From Candidatus Cloacimonadales bacterium (GTDB taxonomy: Bacteria; Cloacimonadota; Cloacimonadia; Cloacimonadales; JAIOQZ01), in contig OY771587.1 in assembly GCA_963674825.1 (NCBI GenBank), positions 288,001-352,000 on the forward strand: a stretch of 64,000 bases of DNA, given 5' to 3'. The translations under genes were made by a program, and so were the position numbers. Within the stretch, counting starts at the first letter, position 1. Every line of letters begins with the position of its first letter. Of this stretch, positions 38,087 to 48,454 are shown one piece after another. Under the pieces are notes generated by a model that made no database searches, was not told the origin of the DNA, and worked only from the letters and a program-made list of their open reading frames with translations.

Positions 38087-39697
38087 ATGAGAAAAGTAAT
38101 GAATTTCAACGAGTTAGGGCTCTCGGAAGACGCGCTCAAAGCGATAACTGCGAAAGGCTTCGAAGAACCCACCGAAATACAGGCTATGACTATCCCTGTC
38201 ATGCTTGGCGAACCCTGTAACATCATCGCTCAGGCACAAACGGGCACAGGCAAGACCGCAGCCTTTGGATTACCCCTCTTGGACATGATCAATCCACAAT
38301 CAGAAGATGTTTGCGCATTAGTCCTCGTACCAACTCGCGAACTGGCGATACAAGTCTCGGAAGAAATCCACACGCTACGCGGCAGCAAACAGATCCGAAC
38401 CGTTCCCATCTATGGTGGGCAATCGATCGAACAGCAATTCCGCCGCCTGAAAAAGAGCGTGCAGATCATCGTGGGTACTCCAGGCCGCATCATCGACCAT
38501 ATTCGCCGTAAAACACTCAATTTCAGCAAGATCGATTACCTCATCCTGGACGAAGCGGACGAAATGCTGAACATGGGCTTCATCGACGACATGGAAGAGA
38601 TCATGAAGCACACAAACAGCACCAAGCGCACACTCCTCTTCTCGGCCACCATGCCGGACAAGATCAAGAAGCTAGCTAACCAGTACATGGAAGGCTACAA
38701 GCTTCTCTCCGTAGAGACAGGACAACTCACGACAAAACTAACAGAGCAAATCTATTTCGAAGTCAAAGCTTCTGATAAGCTTGAAGCCCTCTGTCGAATC
38801 ATCGATATCGAGGAAGACTTTTATGGGCTAATCTTCTGTCGCACCAAAAACGATGTCGATGTGCTGGTAAACCAGTTGCTGGATCGCGGTTATGACGCAG
38901 AAGCGATTCATGGAGATATCCATCAGGGAAGACGTGAAAGGACTCTGAATAAATTCAAGGACATGAAAGTCAATATCCTCGTGGCTACTGATGTAGCAGC
39001 AAGAGGTATCGACGTTATCAACCTGACGCACGTTATCAACTACTCACTTCCGTACGACGCCGAAGCTTATGTACACAGGATTGGCCGCACTGGAAGAGCA
39101 GGAAATCAGGGTACGGCGATCACTTTCATCACTCCTAGCGAGTATAAGAGACTGGTCTTCATCCAGAAATTTGCCAATACCGATATAAAAAAATCGACGA
39201 TTCCGGACGTAGATGAAATCATCCAGGCGAAAGTGCAGAAAATCAACACTGACCTCAACGGAATCGTTAACGACTCGATCGAAGATAAATTTTTCAACTG
39301 GTCAAGGGACCTCCTTGAGAACAATGATCCAACCGTTGTCCTTGCAGCGCTATTGAGCTATTGCTTTGAAGACGATATAAATCCCGATAACTACGGTACC
39401 ATCGAATCGGTTCATACGAAAAGCGAGAATCTGGATAAGCAGGGCATTACGCGACTGTTTGTTGCGCGCGGTAAGCGGGATGGTATCAACGAGCGTTCGC
39501 TGGTCGATATGATCATGAGCCGTGTCACAATCAAGAAAAGACAGATCAAGGACGTTCAGGTGCTGGACAATTTTTCCTTTATCAATGTCCCGTTCAGCAA
39601 GGCAGAGACGATTATCAGATCATTCCATGAAAAAGGTAACAAACCGCTCATCACCTACTCGAAGGAACGAACGACGAAGAAAAGATCCAGATCGTAA
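38087..39697 (+). CDS. deaD: DEAD-box RNA helicase with DbpA-type C-terminal RBD
   Basis: Q motif, AQTGTGKT, PTRELA, GTPGR, DEAD, SAT, ARGID, HRIGRTGRAG. Confidence 0.95.
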   Translation: MRKVMNFNELGLSEDALKAITAKGFEEPTEIQAMTIPVMLGEPCNIIAQAQTGTGKTAAFGLPLLDMINPQSEDVCALVLVPTRELAIQVSEEIHTLRGSKQIRTVPIYGGQSIEQQFRRLKKSVQIIVGTPGRIIDHIRRKTLNFSKIDYLILDEADEMLNMGFIDDMEEIMKHTNSTKRTLLFSATMPDKIKKLANQYMEGYKLLSVETGQLTTKLTEQIYFEVKASDKLEALCRIIDIEEDFYGLIFCRTKNDVDVLVNQLLDRGYDAEAIHGDIHQGRRERTLNKFKDMKVNILVATDVAARGIDVINLTHVINYSLPYDAEAYVHRIGRTGRAGNQGTAITFITPSEYKRLVFIQKFANTDIKKSTIPDVDEIIQAKVQKINTDLNGIVNDSIEDKFFNWSRDLLENNDPTVVLAALLSYCFEDDINPDNYGTIESVHTKSENLDKQGITRLFVARGKRDGINERSLVDMIMSRVTIKKRQIKDVQVLDNFSFINVPFSKAETIIRSFHEKGNKPLITYSKERTTKKRSRS

Positions 39698-39710
39698 ACA
39701 ATATTCGAGC

Positions 39711-39745
39711 GTGCTCCGTTGCTATGGCGATGGAGCACTTTTTTT
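39711..39745 (+). terminator. Intrinsic terminator after deaD
   Basis: GTGCTCC..GGAGCAC stem plus T7. Confidence 0.8.
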
Positions 39746-39749
39746 GTTT

Positions 39750-40649
39750 CTACTTATACCCAAATTCTTTCAAAGCGCCCATTTTCTTGCGCCAGTTGGG
39801 CTTGATCTTCACCCATAGATTCAGCTCGACCGGTCTTCCGGTCAGCTTGCGGATCTCTCGCTCTGATTCGCGCCGAAGATTGGCAATCGCACTGCCTTTT
39901 TTTCCAATGATAATTGGTTTTTGCGATTGACGCTCAATCCAGATATTCGCGTGGATGATATCCATCTCAGGTAGCTCCTGAAACGACTCCACAACCACGG
40001 CCGTGGCGTAAGGGACTTCCTCGCCGTAGTTCATGAAGATCCGTTCGCGTATGATCTCCTGCACGAAGAAGCGCAAGGGAAGATCGGAAAGATCGTCCGG
40101 ATCGTAGAGTGGTGGTGAGAATGGAAGCATCTCGGAAAGGGTATCCAGCAGCGTATCAAGGTTCGTCTTCTCCAGCGCAGATATTTCCAGGACGCGGTCG
40201 AATCCATAGCTCTTGATCTGCTCACGTGCAGCTTCCAATGCTTCCTCATCCACCGCGTCGATCTTATTCAACGCAGCAATGCGTGGATTTTTCACCTTCG
40301 AGAGGTTCTCGCAGAGCTCTTGATCGTAGTCCGTCGGGAAATTCTTCGTATCGGTTACGAACAACACTACATCGCTATCAGAAAGGGACATCTGGATATA
40401 CTCGCGCATCTTTTCCTGAAGCGTATAGCGCGGTTTGAGAAAGCCGGGCGTATCCAGAAAGATGATCTGGCGCTTTTCGTCGTTGAAGAAGCCTTTGATA
40501 TTCTGCCGGGTCGTCTGCGGCTTTGGCGTGACGCTGGAGAGTTTTTCGCCGATCAGCGCATTCATGAGGGTTGATTTCCCCACATTGGGGCGTCCAACAA
40601 TAGAGACATAGCCGGCCTTGAAGTCGGCAGGTATATTGAGCGGATCCAT
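39750..40649 (-). CDS. era: GTPase Era
   Basis: GRPNVGKST, QTTR, DTPG, NKID, ISA, KH domain IIGKKG. Confidence 0.97.
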   Translation of the reverse strand: MDPLNIPADFKAGYVSIVGRPNVGKSTLMNALIGEKLSSVTPKPQTTRQNIKGFFNDEKRQIIFLDTPGFLKPRYTLQEKMREYIQMSLSDSDVVLFVTDTKNFPTDYDQELCENLSKVKNPRIAALNKIDAVDEEALEAAREQIKSYGFDRVLEISALEKTNLDTLLDTLSEMLPFSPPLYDPDDLSDLPLRFFVQEIIRERIFMNYGEEVPYATAVVVESFQELPEMDIIHANIWIERQSQKPIIIGKKGSAIANLRRESEREIRKLTGRPVELNLWVKIKPNWRKKMGALKEFGYK

Positions 40650-41674
40650 TATGTTGCCTTTACGATTTTGTATATGGTTGTCGATGCCAGGATGGGCACC
40701 AGCGCTGTCTCGATCGACTTGAGGTTGCAATCGAGTTCATAGAGCAAATGAAAGGTCTCACGGATTGCCTTGATGGAATACTTGGACGCGTAGGTCATAT
40801 AGTTGCGGCGCAGCCAGTAGAAGACCTCGGGAATATGTTTGTTGGTAATGTCTGGCTCGCTGACACCCTTGTCTTTGAGGCTACGAATCTTCCATAGTGT
40901 CAGGAAAAGGTTGGTAAGGAGCGAAACCACATAGATCATGCTGGCGTCGTTATCCAGAAGTTCCTTGAGAATCTTCATCGCAACTTTCGGGTTTCGTGCG
41001 CCAACAGCATCCACAAGATCGTATTCGGTGAAGCTGCTGAGCCTCGTAAGGCTGTCCAATACCGTCTGTTTGTTGAGCTTCTTCGATTCACCGGACAAGA
41101 GGATGACTTTCTCCAGTTCGTTTGATGCTGAGGCGTAGTCCATGGGAACATTCGTGCAGAAAATATCCATGGCATCGTTGTCCATGATAAGGTTAAGCCT
41201 CTTCATCTCCGAGCCCAGCCATCGTCGGATATCGTCCGGGTAGCGAGGCGGTTTGCACTCCACCTCTGAAGCGACATCAGCCAGTTTCTTGAAAAAGCTC
41301 AGGCGTTTATCGGGCTTTTCGGCGGTGAGGATAAAGACGCTCGACTCGGACGGCGATTCGATATAGGCAATCAGCTTTTTCATCTCGGCAGCACGCATGT
41401 TATCAACATCTTTTAGCGTGATCACCCGTTTCTGCGACAGAAACGGAAGTGATTCGAGCTGTTCAAGTACACTTTCGCCAGTCGCATCATCGCCATAGAA
41501 AAGCGCTGTATCAAAGTCGTCGGATCCATCGGTTAGATACTGCTTGCGAATGGACGATACAACCTTAGACTTCAGAAGCGATTCGCTACCGAACACGAAA
41601 AATACCGGAGAAAAGGGGATACTACCCTTTCGGGCGAGAAATTCGTGAGCCTGCATCGTCTGCGGTTTTTTCAT
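40649..41674 (-). CDS. holA: DNA polymerase III delta subunit
   Basis: VFFVFGSE.LL, SLPFLSQKRV, NELEK, ELDCNLKS. Confidence 0.88.
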   Translation of the reverse strand: MKKPQTMQAHEFLARKGSIPFSPVFFVFGSESLLKSKVVSSIRKQYLTDGSDDFDTALFYGDDATGESVLEQLESLPFLSQKRVITLKDVDNMRAAEMKKLIAYIESPSESSVFILTAEKPDKRLSFFKKLADVASEVECKPPRYPDDIRRWLGSEMKRLNLIMDNDAMDIFCTNVPMDYASASNELEKVILLSGESKKLNKQTVLDSLTRLSSFTEYDLVDAVGARNPKVAMKILKELLDNDASMIYVVSLLTNLFLTLWKIRSLKDKGVSEPDITNKHIPEVFYWLRRNYMTYASKYSIKAIRETFHLLYELDCNLKSIETALVPILASTTIYKIVKAT

Positions 41675-42474
41675 AGTCCTCTACCAAGCAGAATGATTGT
41701 CGCGATCGCGACGAACCAGCAATAGAACGAGAAGTATTTCATCTTCTGCTTGCGAACCATGGCAAGCAGGAGCGATATTACCAGATAACCTGAGATAAAC
41801 GCCGCCACGGTTCCGGCGATGTAGCGCACCAGATAGTGCGATTCGATGTTCGCCAGCGAACCGATATCGAGGACTGTCGCGCCCAGAATCGCGGGAATCG
41901 CCAGCAGAAACGCGTAGCGAGCCGCGTCGTCACGCTTGAGACCAACGAATAATCCGGTAGAGATCGTCATGCCTGAGCGAGAGATTCCGGGAACAATTGC
42001 CAGCGCTTGACCGATACCGATTAGCACGCCGCGCAGCACGCCCATCTTCCCCATCTCCAGACCGCGCGATCGCACGATGTCCGAAACCAGCACGATCGCA
42101 CCGGTGAAAAACAACATGATCGCAGCTACCATCGGATTGGAGAAAAGCGCTTCGATCGGGTCTTTCAGCAGCACACCGACCAGCCCGATGGGGATCGTAC
42201 CGATGAAGAGGTACAGGAGTACGCGACGGTTGTCGCTCACTGCTTCGCCTTTCGCGGATGGGTTGAGCGATTTCAATAGCGCAAAAATGTCTGTGCGAAA
42301 GTAAAGCAGGATCGCGAGAAGCGTTCCAAAATGTAACAGCACGTCGAATGACATATCAGGCTTGTCGAAGCGCATAAAATGCTCGGCGATGACCAGATGC
42401 CCACTGCTGCTTACCGGCAGAAATTCTGTAAGACCTTGTATGATTCCAAGTATGATTGATTTGAGTAGTTCCAT
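41671..42474 (-). CDS. uppP: Undecaprenyl-diphosphatase
   Basis: QGLTEFLPVSSSGHL, PGISRSG. Confidence 0.96.
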   Translation of the reverse strand: MELLKSIILGIIQGLTEFLPVSSSGHLVIAEHFMRFDKPDMSFDVLLHFGTLLAILLYFRTDIFALLKSLNPSAKGEAVSDNRRVLLYLFIGTIPIGLVGVLLKDPIEALFSNPMVAAIMLFFTGAIVLVSDIVRSRGLEMGKMGVLRGVLIGIGQALAIVPGISRSGMTISTGLFVGLKRDDAARYAFLLAIPAILGATVLDIGSLANIESHYLVRYIAGTVAAFISGYLVISLLLAMVRKQKMKYFSFYCWFVAIATIILLGRGL

Positions 42475-42484
42475 TGATTACCTG

Positions 42485-43660
42485 CTAAAAAATTTGGTCG
42501 TATTCGTCTTTGAGAATGGTGGAAACAGGAACGATCTCGAACCCGAGTTCTTCTGCCTTCCTGATGAATCGCACCAGATGCTCAAGCTTTTTCGATGGGT
42601 AGCAATGCGTGATCGTGATAACCCGCATAACACCATCGTCTTTCATCTTTTTCAACGAGTCGAGACGCTTTTTCATCGTCGCATCGGAGATATCGGGGTC
42701 ATCCAGGAAACCAAGACTGCGTTTCGCGGTACGCACACCCTTTTGCTTTGCTACGTCGTATGCAACGGACGTACCGATAGTTCGGCTATCGATGAAGTAG
42801 AGCCCTTCCTTTTTCAGCTCGTCCATCACGATATCCATCACATTGCGATCAGCAGTTGCCAAGCTTCCCATATGGTTATTCGCGCCAACGCAATCCGGCA
42901 ATTCAGAAATGTAATCACGAACCGTCGCACGGATCTCGCGAGGACTCATATCGACGAAGATCGCGTTTTTGCCCGGGTCAGCCTTCGGGTAACCGATCGG
43001 CTCCATTGGCATATGGATGATCAATTCGTGCCCGGTTGCCTTTCCTTTCTTCATGGCGTCTTTCGCATATGGTGTACCCGGCATGATCGCAAATGTTACG
43101 CCCGGATCAGCCATATTGCAGAAGTCAGCCAGTTCTTGACCGTGGATGTTGCCAAAATCGTCCACGATAATCGCCAGCAGTGGTTTCTTCTCCGGAAATT
43201 CCTTGCTACGCGCGAAGTAGAGGTAAACGTTGATGATCTTGTTATCGATCGGGTCGCGATATCGGAGCGTATGATAACGTTCACCGGGGCCTGTCACGCC
43301 GGAGATGAACTTCGCCCCAGCCTGCTCGAGCGTACCCGAGAAGAGCATGTTCACAAACGGCAGATCGTGCCGCTCGGGATCGAGACCGATCTTGACGACG
43401 ACGCTGTCCGGTGACGGAATCGTTTTGATCAGTTTTTGCGGAATACCAAGTTTGTCGATCGCTACGTACACGGAGTCCATCACAGTGCTGACAGGTTTGA
43501 CCTCCGGCGCAGGTTTTTCGAAATGTTTGAGCGCCCACCACGCCAATCCGGCGATGATGACCACCGCAACGATGAAAAACAGGCATCCACGTGAGGTGCC
43601 ACTTCGTTTCTTCGAACCCTTCCGCTTCTTTATCTTCGATTTCTTTTTTGCTGTTGCCAT
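42485..43660 (-). CDS. Divergent polysaccharide deacetylase family protein (YibQ-like), membrane anchored
   Basis: AIIVDDFG, IHMPMEP, GANNHMGS, FIDSRT, FLDD; start 43660 or up to 43687. Confidence 0.9.
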   Translation of the reverse strand: MATAKKKSKIKKRKGSKKRSGTSRGCLFFIVAVVIIAGLAWWALKHFEKPAPEVKPVSTVMDSVYVAIDKLGIPQKLIKTIPSPDSVVVKIGLDPERHDLPFVNMLFSGTLEQAGAKFISGVTGPGERYHTLRYRDPIDNKIINVYLYFARSKEFPEKKPLLAIIVDDFGNIHGQELADFCNMADPGVTFAIMPGTPYAKDAMKKGKATGHELIIHMPMEPIGYPKADPGKNAIFVDMSPREIRATVRDYISELPDCVGANNHMGSLATADRNVMDIVMDELKKEGLYFIDSRTIGTSVAYDVAKQKGVRTAKRSLGFLDDPDISDATMKKRLDSLKKMKDDGVMRVITITHCYPSKKLEHLVRFIRKAEELGFEIVPVSTILKDEYDQIF

Positions 43661-43908
43661 ATTCTTACCCGAGTTCATAGGAAGCATCGGCGTTCAGGCG
43701 TCAAGGAAATTCGCGGAGTTTAGCATGGCGAATCATCACTGTGGTGGCTTGCTTAACATGCTGCTCGGAGATTAGCCATACGATTCAATGTCATGTTGCC
43801 GAAATCACACCAAATCGCATATCGAGAAAACGGATTTAGATGACACAAAAAAAAATTGACAATCCTTCGATATTGTAACCTGATTGGGAAGATAGAAGGA
43901 GGCTTATC

Positions 43909-44871
43909 ATGCGGAACTTTATAACTTTGCTACTGCTGTTCATTCTCTCTCTGCTGTTCGCGATTCAACCACTTCGTAATGGTTTATCCGATGAGGTCTC
44001 TACCGAAACTATCCGCTCCGGCAGAACAACGATCAACCCGCTTCATGTTGGTAATAAATGGTGGTTCTATAACCAAACGCTGTGGGATCCGAACCCGGAA
44101 CCCTGGATTACACTATCCCGAGAGGTGGTTGCCGATACAGTCGTGAACGGCGAGACCTATTATCTGGTGGAAGGAATCGGCGGTGGCTCAACATATTGTC
44201 CGATATGGCAGATCAATCGCGGCGATTCGATCTTCATCCTCGATACCGAAGATTACGATAACAACCCGGAAACCAGTGAATTACTCTACTTTGACTGGAG
44301 CCTGGATGAGGATAACGACGTCTGCATGGTCTTCCCGCTATTTTACGGATCGCCGTATCCTGTTATACAGCGTTTCGATGGCTCGTACGAAAGGAGTCTG
44401 TTCGGTGGCGAACCGAGCTTGTGCAAGCATTTTGCCTTTGATGATACGCAGGTTTTCCAGTCCTGGACAACGGATTTTGGACCGATCGAGGAAGAGATTG
44501 AGGATGGATGGGCTCAGCTCGTCGCCTGTGAAATTGATGGCGTGTTCTATGGCGACTCAACTGTGCTTGTGATCGACGAACCCGTCATGCAGTCACCGGA
44601 CATCAATCTGTCCTGCTATCCCAACCCGTTCAACCCCGAAACGAACATTGCATTCGATATCCCGCAGGGCTCCGAGGTCGAAATCACGATATACAATCTC
44701 AAGGGACAGAAGGTTCGTACCCTGCAAAAAGGATGGCTGGATGCCGGTTCGCATTCCATCGTATGGAATGGCCGCGACAACACCAACTCATCTTGCAGTA
44801 GCGGTATCTATCTTATACGTATGCAGCATGGCAAAGAAATAGCGACTTCCAAAGCTCTGCTGCTGAAGTAG
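43909..44871 (+). CDS. Secreted protein with FlgD-Ig/T9SS-like C-terminal domain
   Basis: Signal peptide, PLHVGNKW, CYPNPFNPET..YNLKGQKV..WNG..KALLLK. Confidence 0.85.
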   Translation: MRNFITLLLLFILSLLFAIQPLRNGLSDEVSTETIRSGRTTINPLHVGNKWWFYNQTLWDPNPEPWITLSREVVADTVVNGETYYLVEGIGGGSTYCPIWQINRGDSIFILDTEDYDNNPETSELLYFDWSLDEDNDVCMVFPLFYGSPYPVIQRFDGSYERSLFGGEPSLCKHFAFDDTQVFQSWTTDFGPIEEEIEDGWAQLVACEIDGVFYGDSTVLVIDEPVMQSPDINLSCYPNPFNPETNIAFDIPQGSEVEITIYNLKGQKVRTLQKGWLDAGSHSIVWNGRDNTNSSCSSGIYLIRMQHGKEIATSKALLLK

Positions 44872-44896
44872 CACGACAAGGTAACCGATGAAATCA

Positions 44897-45021
44897 ATGC
44901 GGACGATCATGGGGATTCGAATTTGCAAACAAATTCATAGACGTCCGCGTTCCACAAGAGATGGGCAGACACCGTGATCTGCCCCTACAGCCCCTGGGTA
45001 CGCAGACCTCCTGGTCTGCAT
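44897..45021. repeat. Mosaic of REP-like palindromes (two family B copies, one interrupted; one GTAG-type family C)
   Basis: ATGCGGACGA...GACGTCCGCGTTCCA (44897-44954); GGGCAGACACCGTGATCTGCCCCTAC (44963-44988); CCCCTGGGTACGCAGACCTCCTGGTCTGCAT (44991-45021). Confidence 0.7.
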
Positions 45022-45424
45022 CTCTACCCCATCAACCATCCACTTCCCATGAAATCAACATTATTCGGAAGATCCTCACGCTGTCCGGCACATTCAGAAG
45101 ATGATTTCACAGGAGACAGCAGACGCAGTGATCAACGCGTGCGAAGCATTGTTACGCGGATAATGAGAGGATATTATTCAGCTCAAGCATGCGACAGAGA
45201 GTAACCTTATAAACGTTTCCGGGCAATGAATTCCGTATCATCAAAGAAACATTCCGAAAAAACAAGAATCCTTTGACAAATCGTAGGGTGTCCTATAACT
45301 GGCACTTTATAATGATTTACGTGCAAAATCAGCGCAAAATCAGCCATAATTTATTTTGTTACAATGTATTACCGGGACTTCCCCGGAATTCTGCTTTTCA
45401 GGAAAATGTTCTGCAGGAGTTAAT

Positions 45425-46750
45425 ATGGGATTGAAAACGTTTCCCGGCGGAGTACATCCGCACGACAGCAAGGAATTTTCAAAAAACGCATCCATTGAGG
45501 AGCTTCCGATCCCGAAGAAAGTGATTATCCCGCTTTCTCAGCACATCGGAGCGCCGGCAAAGCCGATCGTGAAGGTTGGTGATGAAGTCATCACCGGTCA
45601 GCAGATCGCCGAGCCGGGAGGATTCGTCTCGATTCCCATGCATGCCTCGATCACCGGTAAGGTGACAAAGATCGATAAGTTCCCGCATCCCACCGGAACC
45701 ATGCAGATGGCAATCGAAATCACGGGCGCAGGAGAAGAGAAGTGGGTTGACCTGATCGACGATCCGAGCTACGCGTCGCTGCCACCGGCAGAGATCAAGG
45801 AGCGCGTTGCCGCCGCTGGTATCTGCGGTATGGGCGGCGCAGGCTTCCCGACTCACGTCAAGCTCTCCCCACCCAAGGAAAACCCCATCGACACCGTCCT
45901 GATCAACGGCGTCGAGTGCGAACCCTACCTCACAGCCGACTACCGGCTCATGCTCGAACGTCCCCAGGATATCGTGGAGGGCCTCAAGCTCTTCATGAAG
46001 GTCGTGGACGCAAAACAGGGCATCATCGGAATCGAAGCCAACAAACCCGACGCCATCAAGATCATGCGTGATGCGGTCAAGGGTGAATCCAACATTCGTG
46101 TGGAAGGCCTCAAGATCAAGTATCCGCAGGGCGCGGAAAAACAGCTCATCTACGCGGCGACCCGTCGCAAGGTTCCAAACAAGGGCGGCCTCCCCATGGC
46201 AGTGGGCGTGGTGGTCCAGAACGTCGGAACCGCGATCGCGACCTACGAAGCGGTCCGCTACAAAAAGCCGCTGATCGAGCGAGTTATCACCGTCTCAGGA
46301 AAAATCGTCAACAAGCCGAAGAACATCAAAGCGCGTATCGGTACGCAGTTCCAGGAGCTCCTGGACTACGCCGGTGGCGTCAAGGATGAAATCGGCAAGA
46401 TTATATCGGGCGGCCCGATGATGGGAATCGCGATTCCCACCCTGGAAGCCCCGATGGGCAAGGGAAGCTCCGGTCTGCTTCTGTTCGACAAGAAGGAAGC
46501 GAAAAAGGACGCGGAACACACCTGCCTGCGTTGCGGACGCTGCGTGGACATCTGCCCGTTAAACCTGATCCCGAGCATGATCGCCCGAAGTGTGAAGTAT
46601 TCAGACTGGGAAACCGCCGAGAAGGCCGGTGTGATGGATTGTATGAAATGCGGAAGCTGCGCGTTTGTCTGTCCGTCGCACATCAAGCTGATCCAGTGGA
46701 TCGACATCGGCAAGGCGAAAATCTTCGAACTTAGAAAAGCGAAAAAGTAG
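45425..46750 (+). CDS. rnfC: Rnf complex subunit C
   Basis: GGVHP, GMGGAGFPTH, NGVECEPYLTAD, YPQGAEKQL, CLRCGRCVDICP, CMKCGSCAFVCP. Confidence 0.97.
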   Translation: MGLKTFPGGVHPHDSKEFSKNASIEELPIPKKVIIPLSQHIGAPAKPIVKVGDEVITGQQIAEPGGFVSIPMHASITGKVTKIDKFPHPTGTMQMAIEITGAGEEKWVDLIDDPSYASLPPAEIKERVAAAGICGMGGAGFPTHVKLSPPKENPIDTVLINGVECEPYLTADYRLMLERPQDIVEGLKLFMKVVDAKQGIIGIEANKPDAIKIMRDAVKGESNIRVEGLKIKYPQGAEKQLIYAATRRKVPNKGGLPMAVGVVVQNVGTAIATYEAVRYKKPLIERVITVSGKIVNKPKNIKARIGTQFQELLDYAGGVKDEIGKIISGGPMMGIAIPTLEAPMGKGSSGLLLFDKKEAKKDAEHTCLRCGRCVDICPLNLIPSMIARSVKYSDWETAEKAGVMDCMKCGSCAFVCPSHIKLIQWIDIGKAKIFELRKAKK

Positions 46751-46766
46751 AGACGCTGGAGGAACT

Positions 46767-47846
46767 ATGAATAACACATACGCAGTATCGGCGTCCCCTC
46801 ATCTTCACGATCGGATCTCGGTCAGTTCGGTGATGTGGAAAGTGGTCATCGCGCTGGTGCCGGCTCTGATCGCCAGTGTGTATTTCTTTGGAGTCAAAGC
46901 GCTCCTGCTCACCGCGTACGGCGTTATCGCCGCTGTGGTGACGGAAGCGTTGATCCAGAAACTGCGCAAGAAAGAAGTGACCATTGCCGACGGCAGCGCA
47001 GTCGTAACAGGCATTCTGGTTTCGTTCAACCTGAACGTGGCATCCCCGTGGTGGCTGCCGGTGGTCGGATCGGTATTCGCGATCGCGATCGGCAAGCAGC
47101 TCTTCGGCGGTCTGGGACACAACCCCTTTAACCCCGCGCTTTTGGCGAGGGCGTTCCTGGTTGCATCCTGGCCCACACTCACAACCGCACAGTTCACCCG
47201 GCCCATCCGCGGTCTGATCGAACCCAGCATCAGCGGTCTTGGCGCTGAAAGCATCAAGAACCTCAACGCGCTGGGCGACCTCTCCGCCGTAACGGGCGCA
47301 ACACCGCTCGCCGTGATTAAGACCATCCGCGACGCATCGCAGGTCAGCCCCGACGTGGCCGAGAAAGTGATGTTCGAACTCACCCGTTGGGAGACTATCT
47401 CCAACCTCTTCTGGGGTAACATCGGCGGCGTGATTGGCGAGGTATCGGCAGCAGCGCTCCTCATCGGTGCGGCCTATCTGGTTTATAAACATATTATCGA
47501 GTGGCGCATCCCGGTCTCCTATATCGGAACCGTGTTCGTTCTGAGCTACCTTTTCGGTGGCCTGAACGGATTCGCCAGCGGCCCCTATACGCTGGGCGTA
47601 TTCCACGTCCTTTCCGGCGGTTTGATGCTGGGCGCGTTCTTCATGGCAACCGACATGGTAACCTCACCGGTCACCAAGCGCGGCAGGCTGATCTTCGGTA
47701 TCGGTTGCGGCGTCCTGACGGTGGTGATCAGGCTTGTCGGTGGCTATCCCGAAGGCGTTTCCTACTCCATCCTGCTGATGAACATCGCGGTGCCGCTCAT
47801 TGATCGCTACACCGTTCCCAAAGCTTTCGGGGAGGTGAAAAAATGA
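46767..47846 (+). CDS. rnfD: Rnf complex subunit D
   Basis: SPH, KQLFGGLG.NPFNPA, TGATPL (FMN site), FMATD. Confidence 0.97.
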   Translation: MNNTYAVSASPHLHDRISVSSVMWKVVIALVPALIASVYFFGVKALLLTAYGVIAAVVTEALIQKLRKKEVTIADGSAVVTGILVSFNLNVASPWWLPVVGSVFAIAIGKQLFGGLGHNPFNPALLARAFLVASWPTLTTAQFTRPIRGLIEPSISGLGAESIKNLNALGDLSAVTGATPLAVIKTIRDASQVSPDVAEKVMFELTRWETISNLFWGNIGGVIGEVSAAALLIGAAYLVYKHIIEWRIPVSYIGTVFVLSYLFGGLNGFASGPYTLGVFHVLSGGLMLGAFFMATDMVTSPVTKRGRLIFGIGCGVLTVVIRLVGGYPEGVSYSILLMNIAVPLIDRYTVPKAFGEVKK

Positions 47847-48454
47847 TGTACTACATTAAGCTCGGTTTCGTTCTCCTGCTTATCTCCGGTATCGCCGCAG
47901 GCATACTGGCTTTTATCAACGGCAAGACCGAACCGATTATCCAAATGAACGCTGAGCTCGAAGAGAGCAACGCCCGGGCGGAAGTTCTTCCCGACGTTAA
48001 AGATTTCGTGCTCGATTCACTCGCTGTGGAAGTCGCGGCGGAAGAAGATCCGCTTAAGATGAGTTCCGGCGGCGGTGGCGGTCAGTTCTATTATTATATC
48101 GGAAAAGACGAAGCCGGCAACACGATCGGTTACGTCTTCAAAGCTTACGGCAAAGGCTATAGCAGCACCGTGCAAACCATGGTCGGCGTTAAGGTCAACG
48201 AAGCCGGTGAATTCGTGGTCAACAAGATCAAGATCACCTATCAGTCGGAAACACCTGGTCTCGGTGCGAACTGTACGAGCGACAACTTCATGGGCCAGTT
48301 TGCCGGCCAGACACCCGCGACCCTCGCGGTCGATAAAGACGGCGGAAAGATCACCAGTATTACGGGCGCGACCATTACTTCGCGTGCGGTTACCAATTCC
48401 ATCCGTCAGGGTATCGAGAATCTGAAAACTGCAACTGAGGGGGCACAATCATGA
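47843..48454 (+). CDS. rnfG: Rnf complex subunit G
   Basis: ETPGLG, ITGATITS (FMN site). Confidence 0.95.
   Translation: MMYYIKLGFVLLLISGIAAGILAFINGKTEPIIQMNAELEESNARAEVLPDVKDFVLDSLAVEVAAEEDPLKMSSGGGGGQFYYYIGKDEAGNTIGYVFKAYGKGYSSTVQTMVGVKVNEAGEFVVNKIKITYQSETPGLGANCTSDNFMGQFAGQTPATLAVDKDGGKITSITGATITSRAVTNSIRQGIENLKTATEGAQS

Noticed and set aside
45022..45424. ncRNA, riboswitch or Rex operator upstream of rnfC
   Set aside because: Promoter-like TTGACA/TATAAC(T) was seen, but no recognisable aptamer and no convincing TTGTGAA-N4-TTCACAA site
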